64,000 bases of DNA, from NCBI RefSeq assembly GCF_009914755.1, contig NC_060941.1. One strand, given 5' to 3'. Origin of the DNA: the human T2T-CHM13v2.0 reference genome, Homo sapiens. Shown piece by piece: positions 43,512-64,000 of this stretch; position 1 is the first letter of the stretch; each line of letters opens with the position of its first letter. The notes under the pieces were generated by a model. That model saw only the letters and a list, made by a program, of their open reading frames with translations, ran no database searches and had not been told where the DNA came from. Both the position numbers and the translations under genes were made by a program.

Positions 43512-43777
43512 TATTTCCTACCACAACCAGCAGTAACTTTCAAGTCACCATTTAGATAATCAGAACTCTAACTCATCCTGTAGATGGATGCTTTGCTTCT
43601 TAGGGTACCAAAGAGACAGTGAGACTCTGTCTCAGAAAAAGAAAAAAAAAAAGATAAAAACAAAAGACAACTTACATGTGGGAGACACCATGCTAGGCAT
43701 CTCAAACACACATTGCCTGGGCACGGTGGCTCATTCCTGTAATCCCAGCACTTTGAGTGGCTGAGGCGGGTGGGTCA

Positions 43778-44091
<314 letters not shown>

Positions 44092-44142
44092 TCAGGAGAT
44101 CAAGACCATACTGGCTAACACAGTGAAACCCCGTCTCTACTA

Positions 44143-44592
<450 letters not shown>

Positions 44593-45346
44593 CTAGCTGA
44601 TTCAAGAGTAAAATTCATACATATACAAACATAAAGAAAAATCTACTGCATTCCTGTTGTCACTGGCAATGCTCATTTGCTATAGAAACAGGGAATGTAA
44701 AGAGTGTATCAAAACAAAGGTACAGCAGCCGGGCGCGGTGGCTCACGCCTGTAATCCCACCACTTTGGGAGGCTGAGGCGGGCAGCTCATGAGGTCAGGA
44801 GATCGAGACCATCCTGGCTAACACGGTGAAACCCCGTCTCTACTAAAAATACAAAAAATTAGCCGGGCATGGTGGTGGGTGCCTGTACTCCCAGCTACTC
44901 AGGAGGCTGAGGCAGGAGAATGGCGTGAACTCGGGAGGCAGCTTGCAGTGAGCCGAGATCGCGCTACTGCACTCCAGCCTGGGCAACAGAGCAAGACTCC
45001 GTCTCAAAAAAACAAAAAACAAAGGTACAGCAGATTAAGAGAAATAACACATAATACTACATGGTGACTTGATGGTAGATTATATTGGTAGGTTGACAAT
45101 CAGTATGGACAAAAACAATCAACAAGCATTAGGATACTATCTCTAGTCCCAGTTTTATAGTTTTGTCACCGTCTATTTCACAACTTTTCTGGAACTTGGC
45201 TTTCTCATCTATAAAATGGCAGTGAGGCCGGGCGCAGTGGATCATGCCTGTAATCCCAGCACTTTGGAAGGCCAAGGCGGGTGGATGAACTGAGGTCAGG
45301 AGTTTGAGACCAGCCTGGCTAACATGGTGAAGCCCTGTCTCTACTA

Positions 45347-45631
<285 letters not shown>

Positions 45632-45798
45632 TCAACATGGTGAGACCCCACCTCTAATTTAAAAATAATAAAAATTTGGCCGGGCACAGTGGCTCAAGCC
45701 TGTAATCTCAGCACTTTGGGAGGCCAAGGCAGGCAGATCACCTGAGGTCGGGAGGTGGAGACCAGCCTGACCAACATAGAGAAACCCCTTCTCTACTA

Positions 45799-45957
<159 letters not shown>

Positions 45958-47230
45958 TCAAAAATAAACATTTTTAAAAAATTAAAAAGGGGCTGGGCAT
46001 AGTGGCTCACGCCTGTAAACCCAGCACATTGGGAGGCTAAGGCAGATAGATCACTTAAGATCAGGGGTTTGAGCCCGGCCTGGACAATATGGCGAAACAC
46101 TCTCTATAAAAAATACAAGAATTAGCTGTGGTGGCATGCACCTGCGGTTCTAGCTACTCACGAGGCTGAGCAGGGAGGATCTCTTAAGACCTGGAGGTGG
46201 AGGTTGCAGTGAGCCAAGATCACACCATTGCACCACTCCAGACTAGGCAACAGAGGCATAACCTCTTTCAAAAAGACCTAAGACGGGAGGCTGAGGCAGG
46301 AGAATGGCGTGAACCCGGGAGGCGGAGCTTGCAGTGAGCCAAGATTGTGCCACTGCACTACAGCCTGGGAGACGGAATGATGCTCCATCTCAAAAAACCA
46401 CCACCAAAAGAAACCCTAAGAAACAAAAATTAAAATAATAAAGACTGTAGTGACCTGTATATTTAAGGTTCTGAGGATGGATATATATAGATATTTTCTG
46501 TCCCTCAATATTCTTGAATAGGCCAGGCGTGGTGGCTCATGCCGTAATCCCTGCACTTTGGGAGGCTGAGGCGGGTGGATCACCTAAGGTCAGGAGTTCG
46601 AGACCAGCCTGGCATACGTGATAAAACCCTGTCTCGACTAAAAATAGAAAAAAAATTAGCTGGGCATGGTGGCATGCACCTATGACCCCCCAGCTACTCA
46701 GGAGGCTGAGGTTGCAGTGAGCTGAAATTGCACCACTACACTCCAGCCTGGGCAACAAGAGGAAAACTCCGTCTCAAAAAAAAAATCCTTGAATAAGGAA
46801 CGAAAACTTTATTTTAGGTTAGGGAGTATTTACTTATGATAAGTGCAGGCTAGAATGGTTCAGTGTTTTATCAGCAACAAAGGCAAAATCAGAACTTTTT
46901 CCTTGCCACATGTGCTACCCTATACCCTATGCTCCGTGCCTCACTTAATATACAGAAAATACCTGGAAATCCACGATACTATGGCCCAATTTTTCTGCTA
47001 GTATACTTGCATATTAACATGGGACCTAGAGAAACTTTTGGAACAAGGTGATATTTATAAAACTGTTATTCTTTGTTTGGCATCAGTATCAGTCTGTCAG
47101 AAACACCAAGTAGCTTTATTTCCTTCTTGAAATGTTACTTCTAAGCAGGCCTATTTATGTTTTTTCTAAGCCTCAATTTTCTATTTAATATTTCTCAGAA
47201 TAAAGAAAACAGCTCATTTTAAACAAGAAG

Positions 47231-47236
47231 TTTATT
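47231..47236 (-). terminator. SUMO2: SUMO2 poly(A) signal AATAAA (second AATAAA at 47115-47120)
   Basis: tttatt on +, about 590 nt downstream of the stop, at the end of an AU-rich repeat-free UTR. Confidence 0.75.
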
Positions 47237-47822
47237 TAAACAACAAGACGCTTGACTTGAAGGGAAAACTATCTAGGATTCTTTTTTGTTTTAGAGTAAT
47301 TTATCCCTACTTAAAGACAGATTGCCCTACATGTAACAGCTACGTACAAAAAAGTTATAAAATTGTCCTTGGTTTTACAATGATAAATGAAAAACATTAA
47401 AATTCTCCAATTGAACAAGGTATGCAAGGATTTTTATGTTGTTGTTTTTTTTTTTTGTTAAAACAGTGAGAGCAAAATAACTTACTGGAATATAAAGATA
47501 AGAGCTGAATGAGCATGCCACTAATGGAGAAAGGGGGTATTTTCACAGAATCAGTATTTTTCCCCATCCCGTCTCCACTTGATGTCAATCAAAACATACC
47601 ATTGGCTGTTTAGTTAAAAAAAAAAAAAATGCAATATGCTTGTGCACATATACCAGTTACTTTATGTACAATAAAGGAATGGGGAAGGGGGAAATGAAAG
47701 AATAGAGAAAACTATACGGTAGTAGTCAGGATGTGGTGGAACCAAATTGCAGTTTTCTAATTGAGAATGTAATCTTGGTCTTTAAAGAACAGAGTTCTGG
47801 AGTAAAGAAGCAGGTTCCCTTT

Positions 47823-47885
47823 TCAGTAGACACCTCCCGTCTGCTGTTGGAACACATCAATTGTATCTTCATCCTCCATTTCCAA
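47823..47885 (-). CDS. SUMO2: SUMO2 exon 4 (LEMEDEDTIDVFQQQTGGVY*)
   Basis: gctag|TTG; QQQTGG conjugation motif plus VY propeptide; TGA at 47823-47825. Confidence 0.97.
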   Translation of the reverse strand: MEMEDEDTIDVFQQQTGGVY

Positions 47886-48084
47886 CTAGCATAAAAGAAA
47901 AAACAAATGTAAAAGCACTGATTAAGTTCTGAAAATTAATGATTTTTGGGTTTAAGTATGCTGAAAACATGTACATGTTCCACTAAGTTCCAAGTTTCAT
48001 TATTTTAGATGTCTCATAGCTTAATGTATCAACACACTTGGTTTAAGTAATTTTTCACTTGGCTTCCTTTTTTATGACTATTAG

Positions 48085-60230
<12,146 letters not shown>

Positions 60231-60552
60231 AGACTGATAAGTAATTTTACCAAGTTCACTCTTATTTTCTTATAAACATAAAATTACATTTCCTTGGTAA
60301 AAAAAAATTATTGTAAATATAATTTGATGGATTTCTGGCACAGGACTGGAACCACATATAATACTAACCAAATCATCCTAAGGGTTTTCACGAGCTATCA
60401 ATATACCAAGTGCACGACAAAACTGACGTGCCAAGTGCATATTCATCCCATCAAAAAGTCACTGTAATGTGCTAGTCTAGTTTTTGTTCCCATGAAAATA
60501 AGATTTTTAAAAATAGTTTTATTCAGTGGAAGTACACATATGAATTCCTCAC

Positions 60553-60684
60553 CTGTCGTTCACAATAGGCTTTCATTAGTTTACTAAGTGGTGTATGCCT
60601 CTTAATCTTAAACTGCACCACAGAACCATCCTGCCCCGCCACCTTCAAATTAATATGATCGTTGTTCTCAGTCTTGACTCCTTC
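60553..60684 (-). CDS. SUMO2: SUMO2 exon 2 ([15 protein letters not shown]...KAYCERQ), includes the K11 VKTE chain site
   Basis: ttaacag|GAA ... CAG|gtgagg; 132 nt. Confidence 0.97.
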
Positions 60685-61439
60685 CTGTTAAAAGAAAAAT
60701 AAAAGTATAATTTGGGAAATGTGATCAACGAACACGTTTTATAAAGCAGCAGCAGCCCTAGTTGCTTCAAAAATCAACAGGTTTCTCATACTGTATGCTA
60801 AAACGGCATACTGCTGTTTTCAGCTGCTGAAATCAATGTGAAAGAGGAAAAATCCTGCAGTAACAGTATTAGATAGCTGTCAGATACGGAAAAGCCTACA
60901 TGCAATACTATCAGTAGCAACAATATGTTTAAAGTTGGGTCCTATTCAGTGTATTGCAACGTTCTCTTGAAGTTAAACTTCCTAAAATGACATATATCAC
61001 TCCCAAAATACTTTACCCCCCAAAAAAGTTAAAAATAGAGTCCCTTCTCTTTTCTAAGCACTTTAAGTACAACTGCAAGAAACAAAACAATAAATCTACA
61101 GCCTGCCATTCAAAACTCATTACCGTTGTCATTAAAAAGTTACCAAACTCAGTTTAATAACCTAAATCCAATCTCCATTAAAGGAAACACACAAACAAAA
61201 AAAACAATCGAAGAATATCCCGATTCCCCCCGGAACAGCGGTAATACTCAGTCAGGACCACAGTTAACGTTCTCCTCTATTAGCAGCTTCATTTTTATTT
61301 TCGGTTAAGAGCACTTATTCTCCCCTCCCCCCCTTTGTTGTCATGGGTCAAATACACAGTTTTATCCTGATTTGTTTCTTGTAGATTTCGACCCAACCTA
61401 AAGTCCAAAATCGAGTGCAGAAGCAATTCTGTAGCCCTA

Positions 61440-62760
61440 AAACGCTCCAGAAAGTAAAGGCGCGGGAGGCGGGGGGTGCCACCAAACTAAAAGCAGCAAG
61501 TCCCGTGTGCCCCGATGATGGGTGTCCCCAAGTCCTCCCGGGAAGTCTCCGGGTGCCTCAAAAGCCGCGTTCAAAAGTTAAGCCGCACAAAGTCTCTCTG
61601 CTCGTACCTGTGCCTCCAACTTCATGAAACCACATGGTGTTCGCGGATTAGGGGTTCGTTGGCACCCAGGGAAAAGCCGCTGCCCCTCCCCCTTCGGGCC
61701 CCTGAGGCCATTAAAGTGGGAAATACTCCACGGGAATCCCCCTACCCCCAGGCCCAGGACGGCGGCCCGCGGGCATCCAGGTTCCTGCCCGTCCGCAGCC
61801 CATTGATTCGCCCCGAACCCTCGCCCCGCCGCCGCGGCCCCAGGCAGGGGTCCCCAGATGCCCGCGGTTCCTACCCGAGAGGTGAAGCCCGAGCCCAGAG
61901 GACTCCTCGCCGCCTCGGAGACTGCAACACCCGACGCGGGGTCGACAGAAGGTGGAGACCCCGCGCGCCCTAACGCCCCTCCTCACGCGCGCCGGCCGGC
62001 TGGGCCAAGAATCCCCGTTCGGGGCTGGTGGGTCCGCGGGCGTCCGCTTTCTGCCCGCCCAACTCGCGCCCGGCGCGCACTCGGAGGCCGCCGGGGGCGG
62101 GAGAGAGCGGCGGGGCCTCCTTCGGCGCGGGAGGGAGGAAGAGAGGGAGGGAGGAAAATGGCGCGGAGCGCCCGGGCCTGAGCCGCGGCCGGCCCCGTGG
62201 GGGGCCCGGGAAAGCGCTGGGAGCCAGCGGCGGGCTCTGGCCGGACCCCGGCCCGCGCCATGACCCCCACCGCGCGGCGAGGCGAAGGGGCCGGCGGCGA
62301 GCTCACCTTGGGCTTTTCGTCGGCCATGGCGAGCGCCGGAGTCTCCTCAGCTGCCGCTTCACAAAAGAGGTACCAGGTCCGCACCAAACGAGCACACAAG
62401 CAGCACCAGGAGCGGCAGAAGAAGGAGGCGGCAGCGGTGGACGAGGGGAGAGGGTGCGCGCACGTCGTGCGCTCCCTCCCCCCACCCTGCGTGCGCGAGC
62501 ACGAGTAGCCGAAGCCTCCCATTGGCTGGCGCCTCGCGGGAGCGCGCAACGCTTACATAACCACCCCCACCCCCCGTCCCACGCCACCGCGTCCTGGGCC
62601 AGGCGCCCGCCCGGCCGGCGGGAAGAGGCGCGGACACGCGCACCCGGCCCGCCGCGGGGGCGCGCCTGGCTCTGGGCGGGGCTGTATTGTCCTCCTTCGT
62701 GGTGGAGCATAATCAAAATGGCTTCCAGCTGGTCCTCGGTGGGAACGATGAGGCTCGAGG
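61440..62760. promoter_or_regulatory. SUMO2 CpG island/promoter: CCAAT (- 62521-62525), YY1-like AAAATGGC (62155-62162, 62715-62722), GC boxes, TGCGCGCA palindrome near 62455
   Basis: CpG density; motifs read directly. Confidence 0.8.
62307..62327 (-). CDS. SUMO2: SUMO2 exon 1 coding part (MADEKPK)
   Basis: gccATGG Kozak; AAG|gtgagc; exons sum to 288 nt = 95 aa + stop; intron-containing, so the parent locus rather than a retrocopy. Confidence 0.97.
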
Positions 62761-62840
62761 CTTTAGACGTAAGCCATAGGCCAGGGAAGGCAGACTTACT
62801 AGAGGAGGAAGGGGATTCCTAAATCAAAGCCCCAGCATGA

Positions 62841-63253
<413 letters not shown>

Positions 63254-63569
63254 ACAGTGTCTTCTTCTGTCCTGCTGGTAACCCTAGACTTTGACTAGCT
63301 ACGGGAAAATATTCATGTATTCATTCAACGAGATCCTTACTCATCGCCTGTCTTCCAAGAGGAAACAGTATCCATAAGCGAGAACTACCCAACAATCAAG
63401 CTTCCAGCCAATTTAATCCTTTCCTCGTTGCATCCAGTTAAAACATACACATGCGTCCCTCCTGTCTGAAGAACAATCCGATGTGTGTGCACTGGATTCC
63501 ATCTCGCTTCTTCCCCCGGGGCTTTATTATTTCCTTTTGTCCCTGAATTTTCTTCCTCTCCTCCGTTAG

Positions 63570-64000
63570 TATAGAAAAAAAAAAAAAAGCTCCCAATTCT
63601 ATGAAGTTACCATCCTATCTCTCTCCATTCTTGGCCAAACAGCTCGAAAAAATGTCCCCGCCAGCTGTCTCCAACCCCTCCCCTCCCACTCACTCCTCAA
63701 CCCACTGCAATCTGGTGCTGTCCCCAAAGTTCCACTAAAACTGCTCTCCACAAGGTCACCGCAGACTTCTTTGCTGAATCCAGTATGCTTCTCAGTTTGT
63801 CACTCCTCTTGAACTTTGCAGGAGGTAGGTTTTCCTCTCATCTCTAGCCTGTCCTTTGTTCTCTCTGCAATTTTTTTTCTTACTCACTCCTTCCCTTAAC
63901 TGTTCCTTAGGGTTTTCTTCAAGATCCTTTTATCACTCCATTCCCTCTCCGAGGATGATTTCACCGATTTTCATTACCATCTCTTTGCTAATGATCCTCA
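63570..64000. mobile_element. L2-like ancient LINE fragment
   Basis: cactcactcctcaacccactgcaatctgg...aaactgctctc..caaggtcacc resembles L2 ORF2 remnants. Confidence 0.55.

Noticed and set aside
61515-62822. Long ORFs (up to 264 aa) around SUMO2 exon 1
   Set aside because: Same CpG-island artefact; non-ATG starts and no domain signal

Overview
Primate (almost certainly human) euchromatic, Alu-saturated genomic DNA. The gene order ARMC7 - NT5C - JPT1(HN1) - SUMO2 matches what I recall of human 17q25.1. The window holds the last coding exon and 3'UTR of ARMC7 (+) and three complete minus-strand genes, assembled by hand from GT-AG boundaries: NT5C (5 exons, 606 nt, 201 aa), JPT1/HN1 (5 exons including a 19-nt micro-exon, 465 nt, 154 aa) and SUMO2 (4 exons, 288 nt, 95 aa). 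Each complete gene has its own CpG-island promoter. The rest is mostly Alu, plus a MER21-like solo LTR with a 5-bp TSD, a MER41 LTR missing its centre, an internally deleted Tigger1, a Y1 RNA retropseudogene and old L1/L2/MIR/MER5 remnants. I find no evidence of a new multi-gene system, and almost all ORFs in the supplied track are Alu or GC-rich artefacts. The best second-look items are regulatory: (1) one 9-mer, TTTATTAAA, encodes poly(A) signals for both convergent genes ARMC7 and NT5C; (2) a JPT1 micro-exon frame switch whose alternative stop codon lies inside the proximal poly(A) hexamer; (3) a competing NT5C donor predicting an NMD-escaping, catalytically dead isoform; (4) an in-frame upstream ATG inside an octamer motif at NT5C; (5) a tandem YY1+EBF composite duplication; (6) a MER41 that has lost its STAT1 module; (7) repeatedly re-used retrotransposon target sites.
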